From Callorhinchus milii (lineage: Eukaryota): a DNA stretch of 64,000 bases. The stretch covers positions 88,600,001-88,664,000 of the forward strand of contig NW_024704743.1 in NCBI RefSeq assembly GCF_018977255.1. The letters are read 5' to 3'. The translations under genes and the position numbers were made by a program. Below, one piece after another: positions 52,819 through 64,000 of the stretch (positions within the stretch are counted from its first letter, which is position 1; every line of letters starts with the position of its first letter). Below the pieces are notes generated by a model, which was not told the origin of the DNA, made no database searches, and saw only the letters and a list, made by a program, of their open reading frames with translations.

Positions 52819-54488
52819 GAGTATTGAATATCTGAAAGAGCAGCAAATCTGGGTTTCAAGAAGGTTCAAGACCAGCACAGATTTGTTTGGATTTGTGAAC
52901 CTATGGCTTCAAATCCCTCTTTATGGTGAGTGGGATTATTGGAAAGATGTAAAACTAGGTGGGGATTTTATGCAGATCTATGGAAAATTCTATCTTGCTT
53001 TGGAAACCAGTTTCCCACAGATCTTAAAAAGAATTGGTTTCCAGATTAAGACTGAATTTGAAATATTTCTACAAATTGATCTTAGAATTAATCTTACATG
53101 CTAAGGCTGACTACAATTTATTATTAGTAATGCATCAAACTTTAAAAATATCAACCAATTCTGTGCACATTGGATTTTGGATGTGAGGTCTCTCAGGTTG
53201 GTGTAATTGTGGAAAGTGTTAACATCTGAGATGTTGTGCGTGTGCAAAGATATCATAAAATGGAGGGGGGGAGGGGTGGAGGGTGCTCACTCACTCCACG
53301 ATTGATTGTGGGACACCTGGACACGTGTGGGACATTTGTGCGCAATTGGCTGCTGCATTTCACCCACAAAATACAGAAGGCATTTCACTTTACAGTATAT
53401 TCTGTGAAGCTCTTTGAGACATCTCGAAGACGTGATAAGGTGCTATATTAAATGCAAGTATTATTATAAGTTATTGTTAATAATGAAGCATCTGAAGTCT
53501 TGCACATTTTACTAAATATGACGACTGTTAGTGTGCCTTTGTAATGGGAAACGCACTCGCTCCCACTGCCAAGGTTGGGAAATTTGCTGTCAATCATTAA
53601 ATCATTCAGAACATTTTGTGAAAGGGAATTCCTCTCCCCTGAACTATTTCATGTAAGTTCAATGGAATGTGGACTCTGTCTGGTAGTGTTTAGCAGTGCT
53701 ATATATGTAATTTTAGTCCATTTATTCATATATAATATCCAGGAGCACTTCTGAATGGTACTATTAATTGAATCTTTTTAGGGAACTACGGAAAATAATC
53801 CACAAATCCTGAATGTCTAGTTGGTACTTTTTAAATGAGAGTTTTTGTGTTATGTCCACGTGTACAGACAGAAAAAGCAATGATAGAAGCCAAAAGCCTA
53901 TACACTTCTTACTTTTTAAGAGAGAGATTGAGCTTCCAAGTTATGTAGAAAAAAAACTGCTTAATGTGAAACTGTACAATCCTGGACGATCCCACGTTCC
54001 ATGCCCAGTGTGTGCTGAATACTGTAGTATCTATATCTGAAACCATAACGCATTTGAACTAACCTTCAGGATAAGAAAACTGATGGCCTCTTTCATATCT
54101 ATGACGTGTAAGTTTTTCCAAAAGTGGATTTTACTGGAGCCATGACGTGAATGACCAATATTATCTGTAGGATTGTTGGCCAGGGCACTCGGAGAAACTC
54201 CTTTCTCTTTTCGAATAGTGTTTTGGGATCTTTAATGTCCACCTGAACCGGCAGACAGTCTAACGTCTCATTCAGCGGACGGTAGCTCAAACAGCACAAC
54301 CCCCAGCATTGCATTGATTGGAGTGTCAGTTTTTACACTATATGAGTTATAAGTCCTGTTGTGGGTCTTGAACCCACAAACTTCTAACTCACAGACCAGC
54401 ACGAAAGCTAACCTTTTAAAAGCAGCAGTGATGTTGTTTGATTAGGAAGGTGCTTGCACACACTTCTCTGTGCAGGTTGTGCATTACT

Positions 54489-54800
54489 GTGGAGTCCTGT
54501 ATCTTGGTGGTTAGAGCACTCGCCTTGCAAGCGAGACACCTGGTTTCAGTTCCAGGCAGGGCGAAACCTTGGGCAAGTTTCCTTACTCCACACGCCTAAT
54601 AATAATCCCTCAAAACAAAATCAATAATAAATTGGTCGTTTTCAATCCACGACTGTTTGTGGGACACTGCTGTGCGCAATTGGCTGCCACGTTTCACCCA
54701 CAAATATATGGTCAATTCACTTTACAGTCTATCCTGTGAAGCGCTTTGAGACGTCGAGAAGATGTGAAAAGCGCTATATCAAATGCAAAGATTATTATTA
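54489..54800 (+). mobile_element. tRNA-derived SINE, short form, more diverged
   Basis: Same architecture with more substitutions. Confidence 0.88.
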
Positions 54801-54956
54801 CTGTGTGGCATGTTTATATTTCGAAACCTGGACAGGATGTATTGTGAACTTTTATTGCTTTGTGGCTTTTGAGCTACTGGGAAGGAATGCAGCAGAATCT
54901 TGTCATATTAGATTCAAAGGTCAACATTACTTTCTGTCAAAGTGCTGCACCAACCC

Positions 54957-55285
54957 AAGCGAGAGACCTGGGTTCAATTTCCGGCAGGGTAAAATGTTGG
55001 GCAAGTTTCCTTACGCCTCGGTTTACCTAGCAGTAAGTAGGAACCTGGTTGTTAGACGATTGGTGGATCACTTTTCTGGGGGTAATAATTCCTTCAAAAA
55101 AATGGTGATAATAAATTGGTCACTTCAATCCACAGCTGTTTGTGGGACAATGCTGTGTGCAATTGGCTGCTGCGTTTCTCCCACAAAATATACAGTCAAT
55201 TCACTGTTTAGTATATTCTGTGAAGCGCTTTGAGACACCTCGAAAACACGATAGGGCGTTATTTCAAATGCAAGGATTATTATTG
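54957..55285 (+). mobile_element. tRNA-derived SINE, long form, 5'-truncated
   Basis: As for 50285. Confidence 0.82.
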
Positions 55286-58039
55286 TTTTGACGTGAATCT
55301 TCTGGTATGCTGCAAGACACTGACATACTGTTCCTGATATGTTGCTGCTGATAGCAAAATAGTTAAAGTTAGAACAGTGGGTATGTAAATTTGAGCTAAG
55401 GTATATGTAAATGTTTATATATTTAGTATAAGACTTGCAATGTAACCATAATAGTGGATTTTAAGCAAGCAGCATGCGATCTCAACCCCATAGAAAATCT
55501 CCTTAAATCGAACACTCAGGGGCAATAGATCTTCTATTCGGCTATAGCCAGTTCTATCATTTGGATGTTACCCATCACCATGCTGAAGAGTATCAAAACC
55601 AAGCTGAGATTTCCCTGCATCCCACCCACACATGGAAATGCCAGAGATAGATTGTTGGAATGGAATGCGCACTCTCTCCCTGGAGGGACACATCCTGTTT
55701 TCCGGAAAGTATAAGGGCAGTGCAGTGATTACCATTGTGTTACGTTCGTCTCTATGCAGTATTAGAAAAACAGGAAGCTGCTGGAGAGAGAAACTGCAGT
55801 TCCCCGTTTAACCCAGTGGCATTGAATATCTGGTGGTGTCATTAGAATAATGGCACTGTAATGTGGTTTTGATCTTGCTAATGTGCCTTGTTTAAGCCAA
55901 CAAGTCGTCATTTTTGTGACATGAACTTTGTCACTAAGGGTACAGTATAAACAGGCTTGGACAGTGTGAGATCATGTTGCAGCCCTATTCCCGACACTGC
56001 TTGGAGGGATGGTAAATGGAGCTCTGTATTTTTAGCAGAATTCAATTGATCAACTACAGCAACAGTAATAACTTGCATTTATATGGGTCCCTTCATGTGG
56101 GGTAGGGTCTCAGAATGCTTAATCTGCAGACGTCCAACTGGATGAAATGGGAGAGAAAAAAAATCTAAAACAATGATTTCAGTTGTGCCAAGACAGCAGG
56201 GAAAGAGGGAAGAGGTTTGGGGATATGAAAGGCACTGTTAAGACTGGCGCTGAACAAGAAGTATGTTATTGCTTTACACAGAGAAACTCCATCAGTAGTG
56301 CAAGGACTCTGACTCCTTCTCCCCCTCCATGCTCTATTCAAAGGAAGTTTAAATGAGCAGTTTCTGATGCTATTGGAAGAACCATATGTTAAAACAACAC
56401 ACTGATTTAGTTGCTCTGTGTTCAGACAGGTTGGTGCCACTCTTGGATCCTGTTCCCCTGATTTTAAGCTTGATTTCTTGCTCTTATGTTGCCATAACTA
56501 CTGGGGGGGAAACACTGACTTCACTCTGGAGAGCACAAACGCAGTTTAAATATTTGTGTACTTTTGCTGGTGAAGATTTGAGGCCAAAATAATGATTGAA
56601 ACCACAAGACTTTATTTCTTCTAGAGAACCATCCCCCGTTTTTGTAGGAAAGGAATCGAGCTCTTAACAATGACAGTTAGTAAAACCACTGCTTAATATC
56701 AAGCTACATACAATACTAAGGAGATTCTGCTTAGGTTCATGCCAAAATGGTATTATAAGCTTGCACTTTTTAGCACTGCTAAAAAGTTATCAGAGTGTGA
56801 TCCATGCAATGGACTCGGGGTATTCCTGTGAACTGAGCAGTGTGCTGCAAATTCAGTTTATACCAAGCGCAGCAGTGACTGCTTACATCTTATTAGCAGC
56901 TGCTCCAAATTAGCTGAAGTGTTGCAAATGGGAGTCGCCCAAAGCAGTTTGTTTTTTAAGCAACCACCTCTGTTTCGCATTGAATTCTTCTCAGTGGCAA
57001 AAATGATGTGAAGCCGTGCAGGTTTGGCCCTGCAGAATTGAATCGCTCGGTTCACAGTGAACAATGGCAAACTGCACTGCCTGGATTCTTCCTCTCTGCT
57101 TTCCAAATCCTCTTTAGAAACCTATTTCTTTACTCTCCTTCCTCTAAACCCCTGCTCCACCTACTTCCCACGTGGCAAGTGTTTCTGCTCCGTCTCTCTG
57201 ATCTTGGAAGCACTTTTGAGATGTTTTCCTATGTGAAAGGATGTGAGAGGAACATAGAACATAGATAAACCCATTGAGCTTGTTCTGTCAGTTTGTTAGG
57301 TCTTTGCTGAACATTTTATCGCAATGTCCTGTCCTTTCACCATAACGCTTTTAATATCTCCTTAATCCGTCAAGCAGACCTTTCCACATCTTGACAACTA
57401 TCTGTGTGCTGCATTGAGGAATGAGGTGGGCTTTGTATAAGTACTATGTACAAGTTTGCACAAGTTTTTTTTAAATATTCCTATTTTCTGCTGTAAGATA
57501 GTTTAGTTTGCAGCACTGAACACACCACAATAACATTAAAATAATCTTTGCATTTGATATTACACTCTTAAAGTCGAAACGTCTCAGAATGTTTCATAGG
57601 TAACTGCTGTGAATGAGTGTGACTTAGTATGTGGGAACTGAAGTGAATTGTATGAAATGAGATCATAAGCAGACAACAATACTGTAGCAATGTCAAAGCA
57701 TCAGGACAAGTCAGAGCTGGTTCAGGGCTATGAGAGGCAATTTTAAGACTGACTCCGTACACGGAAAGGATATATCTATTTACACATATTGATGGCTAGA
57801 ATGAGTTGCCAAGAAAGATGGCTGAGACCAGCTGACTAGACTAAAGAAATGGTTAGTGTTGTAGTGTTGTCCCTCACAAATGACTTCTCTTCCTCGGACC
57901 GCCTCTCCCTCTGACCCTCCACCCGCAGGGATCCTGATGTAGCCATCAAGCTGTTGAATGACTGTCTCTCTACAACCTTCAATTCCCCTGAAATCCAGTG
58001 GAGCTAGGGAAACCCACCTGCTCCCCCTGGTACAACAGT

Positions 58040-59632
58040 CATCTCTGCTCACTCAAAACACAAACCTGGATGCTCAAGAGCAGATGGCAGAAATCTCCCC
58101 TCACGATTCAGCGCCAGCTCTGACTCGAGCACCTCCACACCTCTCCCTTTTACTCCAAAGTCATCCTGGAAGCAACCAACAATCCAAAGACGCTCTTTTC
58201 CACCATCCATCACCTCCTCCCTGCATCCCCTCAAGCCCCCTCTATCCTCACATCAAACGCCAAGTGTGAAGAATCCTAGATTGAATTCAAGACGTTTTCA
58301 ATCCAAGATTGAAAACAACCAGTCTCTCTCCTCAGGCAGTTCCACTCTCTGAAAATTGCTGTTATCACACGCCTCCTCAAAAAACACCTCTCGATCCCTC
58401 TAATCTCTAACATTACCGTTCCATTTCCAACCTACTCTTCCTTGCCAAAGGCCTGGAATGCATTGTTGCGCCTCTTTGGTCACATCTCTCCCTCCACTCC
58501 CTCCTCGAGCCCCTGGGGTCTGGTTTTCGCCCTGCCCACAGCACAGAGACAGCGCTTGTCAAAGTCACAAACAATGTCCTCTCTATCTAGGACCAGGGCT
58601 CCCTCTGCCTCCTCGTCCTCCTGGATCTCTTTGCTGAGTTCGACACAGTCGACCACGCTATCCTCCTCCAACACTCCTCCTCCCTCTTCCACCTTAGTGG
58701 GACCGCACTTGTGGGATCTACTTAACCAACTGCCTCCATTTCATCTCGGCAAATGGTTTCTCCTCCACATTGCCCGCCTCCGACCGTACCTTACCCCAAA
58801 TGCAGCAGAAACCCGCGTGCATGTGTTTGTCACCACCCACCTGGATTACTCAAACTCACTCCTCACTGGTCTCCCCAGTTCCTCTATTCAACAGATCTAG
58901 CTCATTCAGAACTCTGTGCCCGCATACTGACTCGGAATCAAACTCCGTACCCACATCTCACCAGTTCTGGCCAGGCTTCATTGACTCCCCATCACTGAAC
59001 GGATTGACTTCACGATCCTCACACTCATGTTCAAATCCATTCACTCTCTGGCACCTCCCTATCTCTCTTGACCTTCTCACGCCCCAATCCACCACCGGGT
59101 GCCTCCGCTTGACTGGCTCCCTCAATCTCTCCGCCTTGCCCCCCCTCTCCCCTTTTTATAATAATAATAATCCTTGCATTTGATATAGCACTTTTCACGT
59201 CTTTTAGACGTCCCAAAGCGCTTCACAGAATATACTGTAAAGTGAATTGACTGTATATTTGTGGGCGAACGCGACAGCCAATTGCGCACAGCAATGTCCC
59301 ACAAACAGTCGTAGATTGAAAATGACCAATTTATTATTGTATTTGGTTTTGGAGGGATTATTATTAGGCTCTGTGTGGAGTAAGGAAACTTGCCCAAGGT
59401 TTCGCCCTCTGCCTGGAATTGAACTCAGGTCTTTCGCTTGCAAAGCGAGTGCTCTAACCACTGAGCTACAGGACTCCACAAGTCCCGCCTGAAAACCTTC
59501 CTTTTCGACAATGCTTACGGCCACCTCCCCCCACCACCCAACCCAGCTCAGAGTCAGGCTCCGCCACTGTTAAACACTTTGAGACGCTACCCTGCGTGGA
59601 GGGCGCTATATAAGTGCAAGTTGTTGTTGTTG
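58040..59632 (+). mobile_element. Degenerate L2, plus strand, interrupted by a SINE
   Basis: HIARLRPYLTPNAAETRVHVFVTTHLDYSNSLL; tail ...tgcaagttgttgttgttg. Confidence 0.85.
59158..59479 (-). mobile_element. Young tRNA-derived SINE inserted in an L2 3' end
   Basis: Reverse complement of the 9266 family; L2 resumes at 59480. Confidence 0.92.
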
Positions 59633-60220
59633 CAGTGAGATGAAGTTAAGGTTCGGATTCTGGTAGAGTGAAATCAGCTGGGCCAGAAGCATTTCTTACC
59701 GCAATCTGGGTCTGAGCACTTGTTAGTCGGAAAGTGATTGCTCTTTGTTGGGGGATTACACAGAAATAGGGCGGGTCGAACCTACAACCTTCTGATTCAG
59801 GCGATGGTGCTGATTTCTTAACCCTGGCTCTTACGGCTCGGTGCCTCACATCACTGGTGCATTATCAGCTAATTTAAGTTCCTGAAAGATGCCCCACCTA
59901 AAATGATCAGATTCGAGTTTGTACTTGTATCTTGTATTTCTCAGTATTGAGCTCCGTGTACATGTGTTTCTGTGCTCCATGAAAATACTGTTTTAATATC
60001 TATTGAGGTGGTTGTGGTTAAGTCCTGTACAAGTCAAGTTTCTCAGCAAAATTCTCTGAGTTAATGGGGAATATTTTCAAGAGCCCCCCCCTCACCCTTA
60101 TCCATTAGCAACTTATTCGCTGGAAGCGCTCCGGGATGCTACTCTGCGTGAGGGGTGCTATATAAATGCAATTTGGTGAATTATCTATTTCTAAAAAAAT
60201 ATTTTAGTCTTCTGATTTAA

Positions 60221-60463
<243 letters not shown>

Positions 60464-60623
60464 TGATTTTATATTCCAGTCAGGATCAGAAAAAGGAAAG
60501 CTCACTATATCTGCACAATATTATGCAGTGTGCATTCCCGACTAGTTAGATTGTGTTCCAGAAAGCTATTAAAATACAATAATGCAATACTCTTTAAAAG
60601 GTTTCCATTGTTGACATACCACA

Positions 60624-60867
60624 GTGGAGAAATTCCGCCTTAGTCTAGATTTAATCTATTTATGTAGTGTTTCAAGTCGTCTAGAATTGGGCAAATTCTT
60701 AAATACAACCTTAATTTCAAATCAAATTTTCTGTAAGTTTTTTTAAAAACAAAACTACAGAAAACAGACTTCAGAGTTAAGACTGAATTCAACAATTTGC
60801 CAAATTCTGGATGTTCTAAAATGCTGCATAAAGAAAATAAATCTAGACCCAGGTGAAATTTCTCCAC
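60624..60867. mobile_element. Palindromic MITE/foldback-like element in TMEM64 intron 2
   Basis: GTGGAGAAATT...AATTTCTCCAC termini; imperfect inverted symmetry over the whole length; ACA on both flanks. Confidence 0.7.
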
Positions 60868-60998
60868 ACATGTGTTTGTGTGGATCCAATTGTATGGTGT
60901 TTATAAAATTTCAGTATATGAAAGCCAATGTACCTGTATTCTATGTGAGATGCAAGTTAAAATGTGCCTTTAATTTGCTTGCTCTCTTCTGGTTCCAG

Positions 60999-61187
60999 AT
61001 TTGCATCAGCGTTGGACTGATGTTTTACGTTGTACACAGGGCTCACACTGAGCTGGATGCAGCCATCTTGGCTTGCCAGATCGAGCTGAAGACTTCATTG
61101 ATTAAAGAAGGTCACTCAAACGGAACCAGCCTGACCTTCTGTAATAAGAGGACTTCAGCATTGATGAGTGGGGTAAATGTTGTGTGA
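60999..61187 (+). CDS. TMEM64: TMEM64 terminal coding exon (ICISVGLMFYVVHRA...SGVNVV*)
   Basis: Pyrimidine tract plus ttccag acceptor; TMEM64-type C-terminus; TGA at 61185-61187. Confidence 0.95.
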   Translation: MCISVGLMFYVVHRAHTELDAAILACQIELKTSLIKEGHSNGTSLTFCNKRTSALMSGVNVV

Positions 61188-63340
61188 AAGGAATGGTTGG
61201 CATAGAGTCAGGGAGCTGTAAGCTTGTCAGCCATTACCAGTTGAGGTCAGTAGAGCCATTGGTAAGTATAGCTTCACACCATGGACTTTACAGGAAACTT
61301 GTCAATGGTATGGTACTGATGACTAACACAGCCAACAGAATGGGGGTGACACACTGTAAATCATCAGTGTACGTACACAGACTAGTGGCTGGAGAGAAAG
61401 ACAGTCACAAAGGGAGTCCACTTTAAATCGTCAATAATATACTCACGAACCAAACCCTCTGCCAGTGTTCTGAGCTGTGTGAAACCGGACTGTGAAAAAG
61501 GTAGCCTGTAACATTCCTCTCTGTTCCACCAGTGCGATGTCTGATTCATTTCTGCTCCTTTCTCTTGAGCTACTGACTTCCGAATAAGTTAGTTCGAGTA
61601 ATTTCCATGTTGAAATTGCTCAATAGGAGCAGTAACGTGCTGTAGCCGTGATCGTTTTTATTTGCTGTGCTGTGATCAGCCGAACGCAAAATAAAAGTGG
61701 ACCCAGGAATTGACCATCTCTGGAGAGAAAGCACTGTGTCAGTGCTACCTCAACACTGTTTCAGTGCTGCCAGGGCTGTTTTGCCTGAGAATCTCCCATT
61801 TATTAACATATTTCCAAATGCTGGGCAGAGGCTGAGGTGTCTCCTGTGGGTAAATTATTGAAATGTCACCTTTCTCGTTCCTGTTTAATTTGCCTTTTTA
61901 ACGTTCAACAACTGAGTGCTTTGCCAATTGTGTTTAAGCTCTAAAAGTCTGCAGTTGTTTGTTCAGCCTATGTTCTCCCCAACCTTTACAATGGGGAGCA
62001 GCCCCAGGAGTGGCCTTGTGTTGCTATAATATGCACTTTAGTTACAAGCTGTAAAATATCGTGTATAAGATTAGGACCAATAACAGGCATCTCAAGTACG
62101 AAAAGTTCTCATTGCCATGGACCATCTGCCATGTACGGAAATGCGAGGGTAGATGCAAGACCGAGGAGAGGCTTTCTGCAATACATTGTACAGCAGGTTA
62201 ACCCATAACGTTTACTTTAGTGATAAATTTGAGCAGCGAGAAATTGAGAACAACTAATGTATTATTAGCATGGTACTTGTCGAGCTGGGAAAGGAATGCC
62301 CTAACCTTTAGGCTTTGGCTCGCACAGTTAAGAACTTGTCTGCACCTGCACATCCACTTAGGGTGACTGCAAATCTGCCAGTTCAGCTCTGAGCGAATCA
62401 TGCCTAACTCCTTTACCCTTTGCCTCCCTACCCACCAAATATAATGTGTGGACATTTTATCCACATTGTGAGGGTAAAGAGCTGAATGAACCTACAGGAA
62501 TGGAACGCTGGACATTCTGTTCCCAAGAGAGGTGCACAGGTATTTAGCCACCTCTCTTCCCCCGCCCCCCTCTGCATTAGCTTACCATAAGCAAATGTTG
62601 CGTAACCGAAACAATGACACTTGTTGTGTCATCTGCTTGCACATGCCATAATTGAATCGTGCAAGAGACAAAATGAGAGTAACAGAGGCCAATCAATGTG
62701 ACTGATTTCCAGGCAGTTTCACCTCAGTTTGACCCTTTTCCACCCTACATTTACTTTACTATTGATTCAGTTCTCTGCAAGTTCACGCACTTATATGAAA
62801 TTGAGTATGTTACACAGTATCACTTCATTTCCCCTCCCACCGAAGAAATGCTGATTTATCTGCCTGGAGTGGTCCATCCTGCTAACGTTATATGGCCAAA
62901 AGTACCATAACAATATGGCGGAAAACTCTGTTAGTGTCATATATGCCGATTCAATTAGTTTACAAGACTGCCAGAGCACAAGTAGAATGGAGATAGATAA
63001 CTGGAAGCTCACTTGAGCAAAAGCATGTAGCGATCACTCCCACTCGGCATTTAGAACATTCACAAGAAAGTAAAATTAAAAATATATATCCTTAATCACC
63101 ATGAATTAAATGCATTGTTTCATTGCACAAGACAAACTGTTAGACATTTTATGGCACATCTATGATTTGTTTTATCTGCAGGCTGAAGGTGCAATTTGTT
63201 TTAATGTTGCTGTTACATCGAAATGAGGATAAAAATATGTAGTACCAACAATATCCAATGTTAATTGCTTTTCTCACAGTTGCATTATAAATGGCCTTTT
63301 CTACACTATATTTAATATAAAATGTGCTGTTCTGTAGCGT
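61188..63340 (+). other. TMEM64: Probable TMEM64 3' UTR (end uncertain)
   Basis: No recognisable retroposons after the stop; AATAAA at 61690, ATTAAA near 63075 and 63105, AATATA near 63314 followed by GT-rich sequence. Confidence 0.55.
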
Positions 63341-64000
63341 TCTGTTAAATCTCCAGGGTATAACTGAATATTTTCACATGGAATTACTTTGGATCCAGCC
63401 ACATAATGAGTCTCTGAGTGAATCTTTTCCTGCTCTCACTTGCTGGATTCACATAATTATGCCAGAGATCTGAAATTGTTGAATCTAAAGATTGAGCCTA
63501 ATGGTTTTGGACACCAGATAATCAAGCTCACAGAGACCAAATATTAACAATTTATTATCAGCAATGCAGAGGTACGGAAAAGGCATTGTTACTTAATCCG
63601 AAGAACAGGTAGAACGTGGCTTCTGCACTATATCTTCTCGAGTCTGCTCTCTTGTCAAAACAGCAGCTACATTCATATCTGACTTGTTTACTACATTTGA
63701 ACACTTTCTTTGGCTTCTGCATACCAAAACCATCTGGTGGCAAATACCTTTTCCACATAACTGCACTAGACAAAAGCAAGGGCATTAGATAAAGGAGAAC
63801 ACAGCATCTTCTAGCAAGGTTACAAAAGTTACATGAGTACCATCATCAACAAAATTTCAATTGAAGGTACAGCAGTACAAATGTTTAGTACTTTTCATTA
63901 TAGGCAAAATACATAGCAGTACAACACATAATCAGCAGTGTACAAGATCTAGGTTTGCCTTGATCATATTTTGGTAGGTACACTGCAGAACAGACTTAAG

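Overview
Vertebrate (eukaryotic) genomic DNA, most likely from a cartilaginous fish such as a chimaera (inferred from the repeat content, not verified). Two head-to-head genes are present. NECAB1 is on the minus strand: coding exons 1-3 at 24552-24454, 21470-21446 and 5281-5173, and the gene continues off the left edge. TMEM64 is on the plus strand, complete in 3 coding exons (~38.9-39.6 kb, 60245-60400, 60999-61187) plus a ~2 kb 3' UTR, with a CpG- and microsatellite-rich promoter/leader at ~37.5-39.6 kb. The rest is dominated by retroposons: many L2 LINE fragments, CR1 fragments, old Deu-domain SINEs and a young composite tRNA/CORE/Deu/L2-tail SINE, often nested. Almost all other ORFs in the track are repeat-derived or chance. 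I found no convincing new multi-gene system. The most notable signals are: (1) the TMEM64 start is out of frame as assembled, with three competing explanations; (2) a ~165-nt densely self-complementary GC-rich segment upstream of the TMEM64 promoter; (3) a 244-bp foldback element filling much of TMEM64 intron 2; (4) a SINE/L2 3' stem-loop with a conserved stem and switching loop; (5) an unassigned dispersed repeat family.
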